A stretch of 64,000 nt of DNA from an uncultured delta proteobacterium (GTDB lineage: Bacteria > Desulfobacterota > Desulfobacteria > Desulfobacterales > QNYZ01): assembly GCA_963845145.1 (NCBI GenBank), contig CAWJQU010000003.1, positions 32,001-96,000 on the forward strand, in the 5' to 3' direction. This document shows positions 20,374-31,302 of this stretch, piece by piece. The position numbers and the translations under genes were made by a program. Below the pieces are notes generated by a model. The model did no database searches. It was not told where the DNA came from and saw only the letters and a program-made list of their open reading frames with translations. Each line of letters starts with the position of its first letter. Within the stretch, counting starts at the first letter, position 1.

Positions 20374-22275
20374 TCATTGTCCGGTTTTATAGGTTTCATC
20401 AACGTTAGTCATCGGTTGAAACGCTTTTTTCTTTTTTCTGGCGTCCTTGGTTTCTTCGTGCAACCCCGGATCATACCAGAAAAGCCCACCAGTCATACTG
20501 TCAAAAGGGCCGAAAGCGCTACCGGAATGTTTCGTTGCCGACGGATTCGGCAATCGCCACCAACGCCAAAAAGCTTGCCGGAAGTAGGGTCGCATGGCTT
20601 CCGGTACAAACGCACCGATTGAATGGACTTTTTCCTGAATCCGTAAAGATAGTTCGATCCGCTCATTTTCATCCAGAGAATTGCGGTATTCATCAATCAT
20701 TTGATCCAGTTCCGGATTATCCGCATTTGTCACATTATTGGTTTGCGGTTTATGCGCGTTGTCCGAATGCCACATTTGCCAGTAGGAGGGGCGCAGACCG
20801 GTGCCAAATCCCATAATGATCACTTCGTGACGGTTTTCGCTGATCTTTTTAAACCAGGCACTCGGATCGAGTTTTTGTAGATTGAGTTCGATGCCCGCCC
20901 TTTTGGCTTCCTCTTTCAACACCACCAACTTGGGTGTATGTCGGTCGGAACCATATGTCACCTCCACCGAAAACCGCCGGTCATTTTTCACCCAGATCCC
21001 GTCGCTCCCACGTTTCCAGCCAGCTTTTTGCATATAGTCGGACACCTTTTCAAGATCAAACCGGCGCGCCTTGATTTGGTTATTGGAATAGGGCCCATAA
21101 CCGACATATCCGTGTTCGAGTCTGAAAAAATCGTTCCGCAACACTTTTTCAATGACCCGCTGAATATTCATGCCATGGGCAAAGGCATAGCGGACATCTG
21201 GATCTTTAAAAATGTCTTTATCCTGATTCAACCACAACCCAAACGGCGACCGCGATGTATCATTGTAAAACCACAACCGATTTATATAGCCATTTTCAAT
21301 CTCAGGGGTTTTGCTTTTTACATGCCAATACTTGGGGGGATTCATGTCAAATACATCCACCCTAGCTTTTTTAAAATATTCCCACTCCATATTTTCATTA
21401 CGAACAACCGTATAAATGACCCGGTTAACATTAAAGCGATTTTTAAAGTACCTAAGATCCTTGGCCCACCACGCTTTCTTACGTGTAAACTTAACGTATT
21501 TTCCCTTTTTAAAATCTGAAATTTGATAGGGGCCGGTATTGGGAACAACTTTCCAATTGTACCTGCGGACAAAATCATTCCCCAGCTCGCCAAAATAATG
21601 TCTCGGAGTGGGCGCCAGTGAGAGCTTCATGTGAAGATCGGGCTCGGCCTTGGTACCGATAACGCCCAGGGTGTGGTCATCGTAGACAACGACCTTGTCG
21701 ATCTCTTTGGTATAGTAATCGTTATACCAGGGGGCCACGATATGTTTCGATCGCATAAATTCAAGGGTATAGGCAAAATCGTGGGCCGTGACCGGTTTAC
21801 CGTCTGACCAGCGAGCTTTGGGGTTCAACCTGAAAAACATGCTTTTTTTATCATCGCCGAAAGCCCAATGCGTCGCCAGCTCAGGAATCGTGTTCATGGT
21901 ATTGGGGTGAAGCCCGATTAAACCCAATTGATTCCCAAGGATGGCGCCCCTGAATTCGGCATTGGAATCCGGCCCGACGGTACGAAATGTCAAGGGAAAA
22001 CTTCGGATGGCCAATCGCAAGGTTCCCCCTTTTTTAGCTTCAGGGGAAGCGTAGGTCAGGTCCGCAGCATTGGTCAGCCATTTAATGTTCTCCGGCAGCG
22101 GCGTTTGACTCAATTTTGCTTGAAAAATGTTTTCCGCCCTCACGATATCGACCCGGTCGGCATCCGCCGAAGGCAGATCCTTATCGGTACACGCAACCAA
22201 TAATGTAAAAATAAAGATCATCAATCCGAGACAAGCTTCGGATAAATGCCATTTATTATAAAACATTATTAGCAT
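20374..22275 (-). CDS. peptide ABC transporter substrate-binding lipoprotein (SBP family 5, YejA-like)
   Basis: Lipobox LVAC; 'AKKGGTL', 'ARWSDGKPVTAHD', 'TGPY'. Confidence 0.9.
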   Translation of the reverse strand: MLIMFYNKWHLSEACLGLMIFIFTLLVACTDKDLPSADADRVDIVRAENIFQAKLSQTPLPENIKWLTNAADLTYASPEAKKGGTLRLAIRSFPLTFRTVGPDSNAEFRGAILGNQLGLIGLHPNTMNTIPELATHWAFGDDKKSMFFRLNPKARWSDGKPVTAHDFAYTLEFMRSKHIVAPWYNDYYTKEIDKVVVYDDHTLGVIGTKAEPDLHMKLSLAPTPRHYFGELGNDFVRRYNWKVVPNTGPYQISDFKKGKYVKFTRKKAWWAKDLRYFKNRFNVNRVIYTVVRNENMEWEYFKKARVDVFDMNPPKYWHVKSKTPEIENGYINRLWFYNDTSRSPFGLWLNQDKDIFKDPDVRYAFAHGMNIQRVIEKVLRNDFFRLEHGYVGYGPYSNNQIKARRFDLEKVSDYMQKAGWKRGSDGIWVKNDRRFSVEVTYGSDRHTPKLVVLKEEAKRAGIELNLQKLDPSAWFKKISENRHEVIIMGFGTGLRPSYWQMWHSDNAHKPQTNNVTNADNPELDQMIDEYRNSLDENERIELSLRIQEKVHSIGAFVPEAMRPYFRQAFWRWWRLPNPSATKHSGSAFGPFDSMTGGLFWYDPGLHEETKDARKKKKAFQPMTNVDETYKTGQ

Positions 22276-22308
22276 TAAGCCCTTCCTTCCATAAAAGTGG
22301 CATTTTTC

Positions 22309-23352
22309 CTATTCATAAGTGGTATGCAGTTTGGGGTCGAAGGCTTCTCGTACCGCTTCACCGATAAAGGTTACGATCATCAAGGTAATCACCATGGCCC
22401 CAATCACCGATCCGGATATCCACCAGGCATCAAGATTGGTCCACCCCTGCTGAATCAGCTCTCCCCAGCTGGGCGTAGGCGGGGGCAGCCCGAACCCCAG
22501 ATAATCCAGTGACGTCAGCGCAACAATTCCTCCCGAGACGGAAAAAGGGGCAAAGGTGACAATGATCGCTATGGTATTGGGAATGATATGTTTGAAAATG
22601 ATGCGCCAATTGGATGCACCTAAAGCCCGGGCAGCGAGGACATACTCTCTCGCCCGCTCCTTGTAGGTAACCGTTCGCATGGTCCATGTGATCCCAATCC
22701 AGCCGAAAATCGCCATGATAAAAATCAACATGAAAAAATTGGGTACGACGATGGATGAAATGATAATGATCACATATAAAAACGGGACATTTGACCAAAT
22801 TTCGATGATCCTCTGGAAAAAGAGATCAAATTTACCCCCCCAAAACCCCATGGCACTGCCAATGGACACGCCAATGACGTAATTGGTCACCAAAAGCAGC
22901 AACGAGAACAGAATCGCAATTCGAAAGCCGTAAACGAGTCGGGCAAGGATATCACGCCCCACGGCATCGGTTCCCAGATAGTGCTTCTCTTTGGCCGATG
23001 GCGGGAATGGCGGATAGGCGTCCGCCTTAAGATCATTTTCATATGGGTTAAAAGGTACGGGCGGCAATAATACCCAATTGTGACCGTTACTTGTCTTGAA
23101 CCGTATTGACAACGCCCGGTAATCGGTTTCATAGTCGTAAGCTTCACCGAAGGTGGTTCCAGGCGACATGTTCCCGTAAGTTGGAAAGAAGTATTGGCCA
23201 TCGTAATGGACGATTAGGGCCCGATTGCTCACTAAAAGTTCGGCAAAAAATGACAAAACCAGCATGATAATAAAGAGCCAGAAAGAAATATATCCACGCT
23301 TTATTGACTTAAATCGTTTTATTTTTCTTATAGTTAGTGGGTTTAACTTCAT
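22309..23352 (-). CDS. peptide ABC transporter permease (YejE/OppC-like)
   Basis: LGTDAVGRDILARLVYG, EYVLAARALGAS, SLDYLGFGL. Confidence 0.93.
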   Translation of the reverse strand: MKLNPLTIRKIKRFKSIKRGYISFWLFIIMLVLSFFAELLVSNRALIVHYDGQYFFPTYGNMSPGTTFGEAYDYETDYRALSIRFKTSNGHNWVLLPPVPFNPYENDLKADAYPPFPPSAKEKHYLGTDAVGRDILARLVYGFRIAILFSLLLLVTNYVIGVSIGSAMGFWGGKFDLFFQRIIEIWSNVPFLYVIIIISSIVVPNFFMLIFIMAIFGWIGITWTMRTVTYKERAREYVLAARALGASNWRIIFKHIIPNTIAIIVTFAPFSVSGGIVALTSLDYLGFGLPPPTPSWGELIQQGWTNLDAWWISGSVIGAMVITLMIVTFIGEAVREAFDPKLHTTYE

Positions 23353-23375
23353 CTAATAGTTTATATTTAAATTAA

Positions 23376-24395
23376 TCATTCAAATTTGACCCGCGGATCC
23401 ACGAGTGCCACGCAAATATCCGATAAAATATTACCAATCATAAAAAGCAGAGATGAGATAACCAATATGCCCATAACGACCGGGTAATCGCGCTCAACCA
23501 CAGACTCATACCCCAATAGCCCCATCCCATTAATATTAAAAACAGTTTCGATCAGAAATGATCCCATAAGAACAATGGATATATTGTTACCAAAACTGGT
23601 CGCAATAGGTATGAGGCTGTTACGAAGGGCATGATCGAAAATAGCTTTCCGAAATGGCAATCCTTTGGCAATGGCTGTTCTAACGTAATCCGCGGCCAGG
23701 TTCTCCATCAAGCTGTTTTTCATCAAAAAAGTCATCACGGTAAATGAACCGGCCACATAGGCGATGAGCGGTAACGCCGTATGCCATGCAATATCCAATA
23801 GTTTTGCCATAGGCGCAAAATCGTCAAAGTCATCGCTGACGATGCCCCCCAAAGGAAAAATTTCCCAGTAAGACGCAAAGAATACCAAAGTAAGCACACC
23901 CACCACCCATCCTGGTATGGCATACCCGATAAAAACCACGATTGACGATACATTATCAAAGACGCTCTTATGCCGTATCGCCTTTAATATGCCCAAAGGA
24001 ATACAGATACTGTAAATCAAAATAAGAGACAATATCCCAAAATATAAAGAGATGGGTATTCGGTCCCTTATCATTGACCAAACAGGATCATAATAGCGTG
24101 TCGACGTCCCCAGATCTCCCGTCAACACCTTTCCCAGCCATAAGAAATAACTGACCAGCACCGGTTTGTCGAAACCATAGTATTTTTTCAGCTCATCAAT
24201 CTGTTCTTCGGAAAGGGGCTGAGTCTGTTCCGCCGTTGATGGCGCCCCGCTGATATTGGGCATTTGCTGGGCTTGGGCGATGATTCTCTCAATGGGACCG
24301 CCGGGCACAAACCGGGTGATAATAAACACCAAAACGGTTATACCGATAAATGTCGGTATGATGAGGAGAAAACGTCGAATAAAATAGGCGGTCAT
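23376..24395 (-). CDS. peptide ABC transporter permease (YejB/OppB-like)
   Basis: MTAYFIRRFLLIIPT start; PGGP, YGFDKP, DYVRTAIAKGL and VDPR motifs. Confidence 0.93.
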   Translation of the reverse strand: MTAYFIRRFLLIIPTFIGITVLVFIITRFVPGGPIERIIAQAQQMPNISGAPSTAEQTQPLSEEQIDELKKYYGFDKPVLVSYFLWLGKVLTGDLGTSTRYYDPVWSMIRDRIPISLYFGILSLILIYSICIPLGILKAIRHKSVFDNVSSIVVFIGYAIPGWVVGVLTLVFFASYWEIFPLGGIVSDDFDDFAPMAKLLDIAWHTALPLIAYVAGSFTVMTFLMKNSLMENLAADYVRTAIAKGLPFRKAIFDHALRNSLIPIATSFGNNISIVLMGSFLIETVFNINGMGLLGYESVVERDYPVVMGILVISSLLFMIGNILSDICVALVDPRVKFE

Positions 24396-24544
24396 GGCTC
24401 TTTTCGATATCCTAAAATGAAATTTTCTTTGAGAATCGGGGCACTCAATTGATACCAAAACATTTCAACCATACCCCAGCCGTACCGGCTTTTCAAGCTA
24501 CCCCGATGAAAGCTGCCTTGGTTAATGAACATCTTTTTGGCATA

Positions 24545-24573
24545 TTGACATTCGATGGTCCATTTTTTACTTG
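24545..24573 (+). promoter_or_regulatory. sigma70-like promoter for the M24 peptidase
   Basis: TTGACA-N17-TACTTG. Confidence 0.45.
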
Positions 24574-24620
24574 TTGGGATCACTTGCCGCTCACATCCAT
24601 ATCTTTTGGAGAAGTCACCC

Positions 24621-25820
24621 ATGAACACAACCGATTCACGTACACCTAAAACAGAGATTTTCAGCAGAATTAATAAATTGCAACACTGCCTTCAAAAAGA
24701 TCGCATTGACGGGGCTTTAATCGTACAAAAAGCCGACCTGTTTTATTTCGCCGGTACCATTCAGGACGCCCATCTATATGTTCCCGCGGATGGCCGGCCT
24801 CTTTTACTGGTTCATAAAGACCAATCCCGTGCGCAGGCTGAATCGGCGATTCAAATGATTGAACCGCTTAAAGGGTTGCGCCAGATTTCTGAACGAATCC
24901 ACCATCACTGCAAACCGGCCCCACAAAGAATCGGCCTGGAGTTCGATGTATTGCCGGTGAATCATTATCTGAATTTCAAACGTTTTTTCGAGAAAGTGGA
25001 TTGGATCGATATATCGGATACCATCCGCCGTATTCGGACGGTAAAATCGACTTATGAAATTGAGTGTATCAAAGAAGCCGCCCGGTTATCCGATCGACTG
25101 GCCGCCGGTTTACCCGATTTGCTACAAGAAAATATGACCGAGATAGAACTGGCTGGCCAAGTCGAGGCTTTGGCCCGCAAGCTGGGCCATCAGGGTATCG
25201 TCCGAATGCGGTTGTGGGGCCACGAACTATTTTACGGCCACCTGATGGCCGGACCGGCGGCAGCCGTGGGAAGCTATCTGGCATCGCCAACGGGTGGCGT
25301 TGGTGTCGGACCGGCCGTTGCCCAAGGCGCCGGCCAAAGAACCATTCTGCGGCATGAACCGATTCTTCTGGATTATGTGTTTGTATATCGCGGTTACATC
25401 TCGGACCATACCCGTATTTTTTCACTGGGTGACCTATCAGACGACCTGATGCAAGCCCACGAGGCCATGCGAAGCGTGCAAGCAACCGTTAAAAAGGCGG
25501 CAAAACCAGGCGCTGTCGCTGGGGATCTATATTCACTGGCCATAGAAACCGCGAAAGAACTGGGATATGGGGATCATTTTATGGGTTACAACGAAAATCG
25601 TGTTCGCTTCGTTGGCCATGGGGTCGGCATCGAATTGGATGAATACCCCTTTCTGGCCCAAGGCCAGGACACCGTTCTTGAAAAAGGGATGGCCATCGCC
25701 TTTGAACCAAAATTGATTTTTCCCGAAAAAGGAGTGGTGGGCGTGGAAAACACCCACATCGTGGAAGCCGATGGGTTACAGCAATTAGGACAATATTCCG
25801 ATGCCATCACTATCGTCTGA
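24621..25820 (+). CDS. Xaa-Pro aminopeptidase family (M24) peptidase
   Basis: Creatinase N-domain; GYISDHTR, GHGVGIELDEYP, EPK and GVEN motifs. ATG 24621 follows GGAGAAG. Confidence 0.92.
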   Translation: MNTTDSRTPKTEIFSRINKLQHCLQKDRIDGALIVQKADLFYFAGTIQDAHLYVPADGRPLLLVHKDQSRAQAESAIQMIEPLKGLRQISERIHHHCKPAPQRIGLEFDVLPVNHYLNFKRFFEKVDWIDISDTIRRIRTVKSTYEIECIKEAARLSDRLAAGLPDLLQENMTEIELAGQVEALARKLGHQGIVRMRLWGHELFYGHLMAGPAAAVGSYLASPTGGVGVGPAVAQGAGQRTILRHEPILLDYVFVYRGYISDHTRIFSLGDLSDDLMQAHEAMRSVQATVKKAAKPGAVAGDLYSLAIETAKELGYGDHFMGYNENRVRFVGHGVGIELDEYPFLAQGQDTVLEKGMAIAFEPKLIFPEKGVVGVENTHIVEADGLQQLGQYSDAITIV

Positions 25821-25953
25821 GTCCGTCAAAAGAGGTTTCAAGCCAATGGAAAGGGGACAAAATTAAGGATTTTCGGCTACCCTGAAGATTTTTAGCGCCT
25901 GAAGGTTTTAGAGATTGATCGCCAAGGGGACTGGGGAAAGATTGCCCCGGCCA

Positions 25954-25994
25954 TTTTTTTCCCGGTTTTTTTTCCTGGTCTTTTTTTTCCTGGG
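25954..25994. repeat. three imperfect T6-8CC(C/T)GG tandem units in a convergent intergenic region
   Basis: ttttttt-cccgg-tttttttt-cctggtc-tttttttt-cctggg. Confidence 0.6.
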
Positions 25995-26014
25995 ACATTA
26001 AAACCGGGGCTATT

Positions 26015-26048
26015 AAAAAAGGGAACGAGGTTTCCCCCCTTCCCTTTT
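26015..26048 (-). terminator. rho-independent terminator after rpsI
   Basis: AAAAGGGAA/TTCCCTTTT stem with a T-run on the minus strand. Confidence 0.65.
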
Positions 26049-26098
26049 ACCAATTCAATATATGGGCTCAACATATGGGCGATACAATGAACCGAAGA

Positions 26099-26494
26099 TT
26101 AACGCTTGGAAAACTGGAACCGCTTCCGTGCGCCGGGCTGTCCATATTTTTTCCGCTCTTTTTGGCGTGGGTCCCGTTTAATATAACCGGCTTTCTTTAG
26201 GGCTGTCCTCAGATCCGGATCGGAGAGAACTAAGGCTTTGGTAATGCCATGTCGTATTGCACCGGCCTGACCGGTGATCCCGCCCCCAAGCACCTTGACA
26301 CGAATGTCGAATGATTTTGAATTGCTTGTTAAATTTAGCGGTTGCATAACAAGTGTTTTGGCCGTTTCCATGGAAAAATAATCATCCATGGGGCGACCAT
26401 TAATCGATATGTTACCCGCCCCAGGCGTCATCCAGGTTTTGGCGATAGCGGATTTACGTTTACCGGTGGCATAATAGACGTTTGCTGGTTCCAT
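26099..26494 (-). CDS. rpsI: 30S ribosomal protein S9
   Basis: [26 protein letters not shown] and QFSKR. Confidence 0.99.
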   Translation of the reverse strand: MEPANVYYATGKRKSAIAKTWMTPGAGNISINGRPMDDYFSMETAKTLVMQPLNLTSNSKSFDIRVKVLGGGITGQAGAIRHGITKALVLSDPDLRTALKKAGYIKRDPRQKERKKYGQPGARKRFQFSKR

Positions 26495-26606
26495 TAAATA
26501 ATCCTTGTAAAGTTTGGTCTTAAATTCTTTTTAATAATTAAAAATGGTATTCGAGTGTCGAAACAGCGCTTAGACAACATCGTCTAGCGCTTTGGCTTTT
26601 TTCGAA

Positions 26607-27041
26607 CTACGCCTCTAAAACTTCAGGCTCCTGGGCCTGATGGGGATGTTCGTTCCCGGCATACACTTTGAGATGCGAATACAACCGCCGACCCAACTTG
26701 TTTTTCGGCAACATCCCTTTAACGGCAAAGCGCACCAAATCTTCGGGGCGTTTTTCCATCAATTTTTCCGCGGTAATGGTCTTTAAGCCGCCGATATAGC
26801 CACTATGGCGATAGTAATTCTTTTGCTTCATTTTCCGGCCGGTAAGGACAATTTTATCGGCATTGATAACGATGACCCCATCCCCCATATCGGCGTGAGG
26901 GGTGAAAAGGGGACTATGCTTTCCCCGCAGCCGGGCGGCCACAGTTGTCGCCAGCCGGCCCAGAACTTTGTCTTTGGCATCCACAACCACCCAATTACCC
27001 GGATTATCGCTATCTTTTGCGCTGTACGTATATTTCTTCAC
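26607..27041 (-). CDS. rplM: 50S ribosomal protein L13
   Basis: [31 protein letters not shown] and GMLPKN. GTG start at 27041 after GAGG. Confidence 0.99.
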   Translation of the reverse strand: MKKYTYSAKDSDNPGNWVVVDAKDKVLGRLATTVAARLRGKHSPLFTPHADMGDGVIVINADKIVLTGRKMKQKNYYRHSGYIGGLKTITAEKLMEKRPEDLVRFAVKGMLPKNKLGRRLYSHLKVYAGNEHPHQAQEPEVLEA

Positions 27042-27087
27042 GAACGACCTCTTTTTATTTTTCTTTTTCAATGATTTTAACCCGCTA

Positions 27088-27116
27088 TATGTAATGAGAC
27101 GATTGCTCTTTGTCAA
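27088..27116 (-). promoter_or_regulatory. sigma70-like promoter of rplM-rpsI
   Basis: TTGACA-N17-TACATA on the minus strand. Confidence 0.6.
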
Positions 27117-27250
27117 GAAAAAAAACACGCCCAGCTCAGATCATTTTGTTGCCAACGGTCTTTAATCTATCACCCCTAACTTGATATTGTTGACATTATT
27201 CGTTATATCGCCGGGGTTATTTGCGACCATATTTTTATAGGAGACAATAA

Positions 27251-27856
27251 ATGCCGTTGGAGCATGAAGCCAAATTTATTTTAACCGATGTTGAGAAAAT
27301 TCGTTCTAAAATTCTCAATCTGAAAGGTCATTCCAAAGGTCGCTTTTTTGAGACGAATGTTCGCTATGAAAACAAAGACAACGACCTCAGAAAAAACAAG
27401 ATTTTGTTGCGTCTGCGACAAGATCAACAGGTACGACTAACCTTTAAATCTCCCGTCGCCCATAGCAACAGCGGTGTCAAAACGATGAACGAAATCGAGG
27501 TGTCTGTCAGCGATTTTGATTCCATGGATCAAATTCTAAAAAGTGTCGGTTTTCATCGAGCGCAAATCTATGAAAAATGGCGCGAGACAATTGTTCTGAA
27601 AAATGCCGAGCTTTGTCTCGATACCATGCCATTTGGAGAATTTTTAGAGATTGAAGGTACCCCTGATAGCGTTCGGGATATATCGGCTAAGTTGGGCCTG
27701 TTATGGCAAAGCCGTGTGCTTGATAATTATTTGACGATATTTGAGCGTCTAAAAAAATGGGAGGCATTATCCTTCAACGATGTGTCATTTAATAATTTTA
27801 AGGATGTTAAGATAGACCTGAATCGATATGTCGCTCGGCTTGAGGCTGGAGAATGA
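27251..27856 (+). CDS. CYTH domain protein (class IV adenylate cyclase/triphosphatase family)
   Basis: EHEAK (ExExK), LRLR, LTFK, YEKWRE, FLEIEG. Confidence 0.9.
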   Translation: MPLEHEAKFILTDVEKIRSKILNLKGHSKGRFFETNVRYENKDNDLRKNKILLRLRQDQQVRLTFKSPVAHSNSGVKTMNEIEVSVSDFDSMDQILKSVGFHRAQIYEKWRETIVLKNAELCLDTMPFGEFLEIEGTPDSVRDISAKLGLLWQSRVLDNYLTIFERLKKWEALSFNDVSFNNFKDVKIDLNRYVARLEAGE

Positions 27857-28650
27857 CCTTTTTGGGCCCGACTGTTTTTTGTATGAATCTTCGTTTCGGA
27901 CTGGCCGATGACGCTGCCGATGGGTGGCACAAACGGGGGCGAATTGTCGCACAATTATTAAATGAATATTCGGCTGATTTTTATGCGTTTCAGGAAGTAA
28001 ACGATTTTCAGGCCAAAGATCTTCAGGCCAACCTGGTCCAGTATGGCATGATCGGCCAGCGCCATCCGGCGCCCGATGGGTGGCAAAACAATCTGATTTT
28101 TTATCGCCCGGATTGGCATTGTACCGCTTCGGACCATTTCTACTTGAGCCATACACCGGACGTGCCCAGCAAATTTGAAAACAGCAAGTGGCCCCGCCAG
28201 TGTACCATGGGGTCATTCACGAAAGCTGGCCAAAGCCTGATTTTTATAACCACACATTTTGATTTTGATACACGCGTGCAGGAAAAGAGTTCTCAAGTCA
28301 TCCTGTCACGGCTAAAGACGCTGCCTACCGGCACACCGTCGATCTTGACAGGTGATTTTAATGCAACACCGGAGGACCGGTGCTATCAAATCTTTACCGG
28401 AACCTTGACCGACGCCAATATAAAAGCGTCCGATAGAATGGATCAACCGGTTTTTAAAAACGTATTCAAACCGCCATACCCATCTACCCATCATGGATTT
28501 ACCGGTGACGCTCAAAGCGGCCTGATCGACTGGATCCTGTACCGGGGAGGTCTTAAACTGAAAGATGCCGGCATCATTACGGACACATTCGATGGAAGAT
28601 ATCCCTCGGACCACTTCCCACTGATTGCCCGCTTTGAATGGGGCGCATAG
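27853..28650 (+). CDS. endonuclease/exonuclease/phosphatase family protein
   Basis: NLR, FQE, THFD, GDFN, IDWIL and SDHFP motifs. Confidence 0.92.
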   Translation: MTFLGPTVFCMNLRFGLADDAADGWHKRGRIVAQLLNEYSADFYAFQEVNDFQAKDLQANLVQYGMIGQRHPAPDGWQNNLIFYRPDWHCTASDHFYLSHTPDVPSKFENSKWPRQCTMGSFTKAGQSLIFITTHFDFDTRVQEKSSQVILSRLKTLPTGTPSILTGDFNATPEDRCYQIFTGTLTDANIKASDRMDQPVFKNVFKPPYPSTHHGFTGDAQSGLIDWILYRGGLKLKDAGIITDTFDGRYPSDHFPLIARFEWGA

Positions 28651-28657
28651 GCAGCCG

Positions 28658-29479
28658 TTATCTCGCAAATGAGACTTTGATCGATGCGCCTTTGGCCAAG
28701 TTAAGATGCGACGCGGCGTCTCCTTGGTTCACGGCAATTTCTAAAAATCGGCGGCTTCCGATATAGGCAACCAAATCTCCGGCGCAGCGATCCATAAATG
28801 TCGTAGCCAACCCTTCAATCTGTTGATCTCCGGCAACCACGACCATATGTTTGTTGGGTAGAGAAGGCCTTTTTGCACGATTGAGACACCGATCAATCCA
28901 CTCGGCATCAATGTCGGTAATTAAATTGCCAAAGCGATCCACATCGATAATGGTGCCGATTAAATCGCCCGTGTTATCTAATTGGGGCGGCCGATAGTCG
29001 AGATCGACCATATCATCAGGATCCATCGGAGAACCCAGTTGGGTGGGTAACAGACCATTTAGCAAGTGCGCAGCCACCGGTGCAAAGATATCGCGGCCAT
29101 GGAACGTGTCGCTGACTGGATGTAGGAACAGATCGGGATTATCAACCGCCACCAACCACTCGACATCGCCCTCGTCCCTGATAAAGCTGAGAACACCATT
29201 GTCCGGTCCGATAAACCGATGCCCCCCAGATTCAAAGGCAAGTACTGCCCGACCGGTGCCCACACCGGGGTCAACGACGACGGCATGCACGGTTCCCTGG
29301 GGAAAGTAGTTATAGGATGTACGGATCAAAAACGCGGCTTGCACCAGATCCTGAGCATCGATTTGGTGAGTCAAATCAATGACAACCGCCTCGGGACAAA
29401 CCCCGAGAATCACACCTTTCATAACCCCTGCGTATCCGTCCTTGTTCCCAAAATCGGTGGTGAGTGTGATGATACCCAT
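28658..29479 (-). CDS. SAM hydroxide adenosyltransferase (DUF62; SAM-dependent chlorinase/fluorinase superfamily)
   Basis: LTTDFG, VVDPGVGTGR, TFHGRDIF and DRFGNL. Confidence 0.92.
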   Translation of the reverse strand: MGIITLTTDFGNKDGYAGVMKGVILGVCPEAVVIDLTHQIDAQDLVQAAFLIRTSYNYFPQGTVHAVVVDPGVGTGRAVLAFESGGHRFIGPDNGVLSFIRDEGDVEWLVAVDNPDLFLHPVSDTFHGRDIFAPVAAHLLNGLLPTQLGSPMDPDDMVDLDYRPPQLDNTGDLIGTIIDVDRFGNLITDIDAEWIDRCLNRAKRPSLPNKHMVVVAGDQQIEGLATTFMDRCAGDLVAYIGSRRFLEIAVNQGDAASHLNLAKGASIKVSFAR

Positions 29480-29608
29480 GAGATCCTCAGTTTGCCGGTT
29501 CGCCGGTTCGCCCGTTTGTCACTCAGTGAGCTAAATCGCAGCAATGTCAGGTATGTTAATAATCAGACTTAGACGGTTTCGTAACCCGCCTCATTATTAC
29601 GGTGAATG

Positions 29609-30649
29609 TCAAAAAAGATTTTCCTGGACCGGATAACCCAGATGACGATAAGCATCGGGTGATGCACGGCGCCCCGAGGAGGTCCGCAGCACAAGGCCGA
29701 TTTTGAGTAAATACGGTTCTACCACATCCACCAGGGTATCGGTCTCTTCCTGAAGCGTGGCGGCAATCGCCTCTATGCCCACGGGTCCGCCCTTATAGAA
29801 ATCGATGATGGTCTGCAGATACCGCCGATCCAGGTTGGTTAATCCCTTTTCGTCCACACCTTCAAGCGCCAGGGCTGCTTGAACGGTTGAAGGGTTAATG
29901 GTGCCATCGCCCCTGACCTGGGCATAATCCCGGACCCGTTTCAACAACCGGTTGACAACACGCGGGGTTCCCCGCGACCGCCGAGCCAGCTCCCGCCCGG
30001 CATCGTCATTGATATCAACATCCAGCAAGCGGGCAGAACGCCGGGTGATTTGAAGCAAATCCGATTCGTTATAAAAATCAAGAGGCCGAAAAATACCGAA
30101 GCGATCCCGCAAGGGCGCTGACAGCAGTCCGACACGTGTGGTGGCTCCCACAAGAATAAACTGTTTTAATGGTATCTTGTGGCTTCGGGCGTGAACACCT
30201 TTGTCAAAAACAATATCAATGGAAAAATCTTCCATGGCCGGGTATAAAAATTCTTCAACAACCTTGGGGGTTCGGTGAATTTCATCGATGAATAAAACAT
30301 CACCGGTTTCAAGATGCGTCAGAATTCCGACTAAATCGCCGCCCTTTTCAAGCGCAGGCCCTGAGGTAACCGTCATTTCTCCGCCGGTTTCGGCGGCTAT
30401 GATATGGGCCAACGTGGTCTTTCCCAACCCGGGGGGACCATGAAACAAAACATGATCCATGACCTCATTACGCTTCCTGGCCGCCTCAATGGCGATATTG
30501 AGGGTCTCGACAACCTCGGGCTGGCCAATGTAATCCGTTAACTGTTTGGGCCTCAGGGAGATCAACTCCGGCTCGTTATCTACAGGCAAACTATCCGGCG
30601 TCAAAATACCGTGGGTTTCAAAAGTTTCGGTGAGAATCTTGTCCGTCAT
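29609..30649 (-). CDS. ruvB: Holliday junction branch migration ATPase RuvB
   Basis: [27 protein letters not shown] and RGTPR. Confidence 0.98.
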   Translation of the reverse strand: MTDKILTETFETHGILTPDSLPVDNEPELISLRPKQLTDYIGQPEVVETLNIAIEAARKRNEVMDHVLFHGPPGLGKTTLAHIIAAETGGEMTVTSGPALEKGGDLVGILTHLETGDVLFIDEIHRTPKVVEEFLYPAMEDFSIDIVFDKGVHARSHKIPLKQFILVGATTRVGLLSAPLRDRFGIFRPLDFYNESDLLQITRRSARLLDVDINDDAGRELARRSRGTPRVVNRLLKRVRDYAQVRGDGTINPSTVQAALALEGVDEKGLTNLDRRYLQTIIDFYKGGPVGIEAIAATLQEETDTLVDVVEPYLLKIGLVLRTSSGRRASPDAYRHLGYPVQENLF

Positions 30650-31264
30650 TGCGTTTGTCTGCCTTTATAAACTTCGTCGATGAGCATATCGGCTGATGAG
30701 ATGGCGGGGTTTCTATCCAGAGCCTTATCTATCATGCTGCGAGCTTCAGTTGATCTATGCCCCATTCTCAGTAACGAGGACGTCAAGTACCTGTCGGCGA
30801 AAATCATGTTCCGGCAAGACCGTCTCCGACTTCTGTTGGGGCACCAGCGCGAATTTTTCCACTTTGCCCTGAAGCGTGGCAACGATCTTTTCCGCCGTTC
30901 TCTTACCGATGCCTTTCAATTCTGATAAGAGCTTAATATCTCGCGATTCAATCGCTGTGGCAATTTCCCCAATGGGAATATTCAGGGCTTTTATTGCTTT
31001 TAGCGGTCCGATGGCGGCAACAGTGATGAACGACTGAAAAAACTCCTTCTCTGCTTGAAGGCTGAAGCCGATCAACACTGGTTTGGGTTGACGTTCGGTT
31101 TGGTGATAAAATATAAAAAATGATATCTCATCTCCGACCTCTTTGCTCTCCAGACGCTTGATGACGATACCCGGCAGCAGAACTTCGTAGCCAATCTGGT
31201 TTGCCAATACGAGGACTCGGTCTTCCTCTATACTTAATATTTTCCCCTCAATATACCCGATCAT
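30646..31264 (-). pseudogene. ruvA: RuvA with an apparent single-base frameshift near 30760-30766 (possible sequencing error)
   Basis: MIGYIEG and HhH motifs in ORF 30755-31264. Domain III (MGHRSTEARSMI...IDEVYK) continues in another frame to 30646 and overlaps the ruvB start. Confidence 0.9.
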
Positions 31265-31302
31265 CCGGCCTCACTCCCGGTGGTCATTTAAGGAACCCAT
31301 TT

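Noticed and set aside
27251..27856. CYTH + EEP pair as a cyclic-nucleotide defence system
   Set aside because: Both families are common housekeeping phosphohydrolases, and no effector or mobile context is present.
28658..29479. Fluorinase/chlorinase
   Set aside because: It retains the Asp-Arg-His residues (DPGVGTGR, FHGRD) typical of DUF62 SAM hydrolases.
29480..29608. SAM riboswitch upstream of the DUF62 gene
   Set aside because: No recognisable SAM-riboswitch core; only a short GCCGGTTC stutter.
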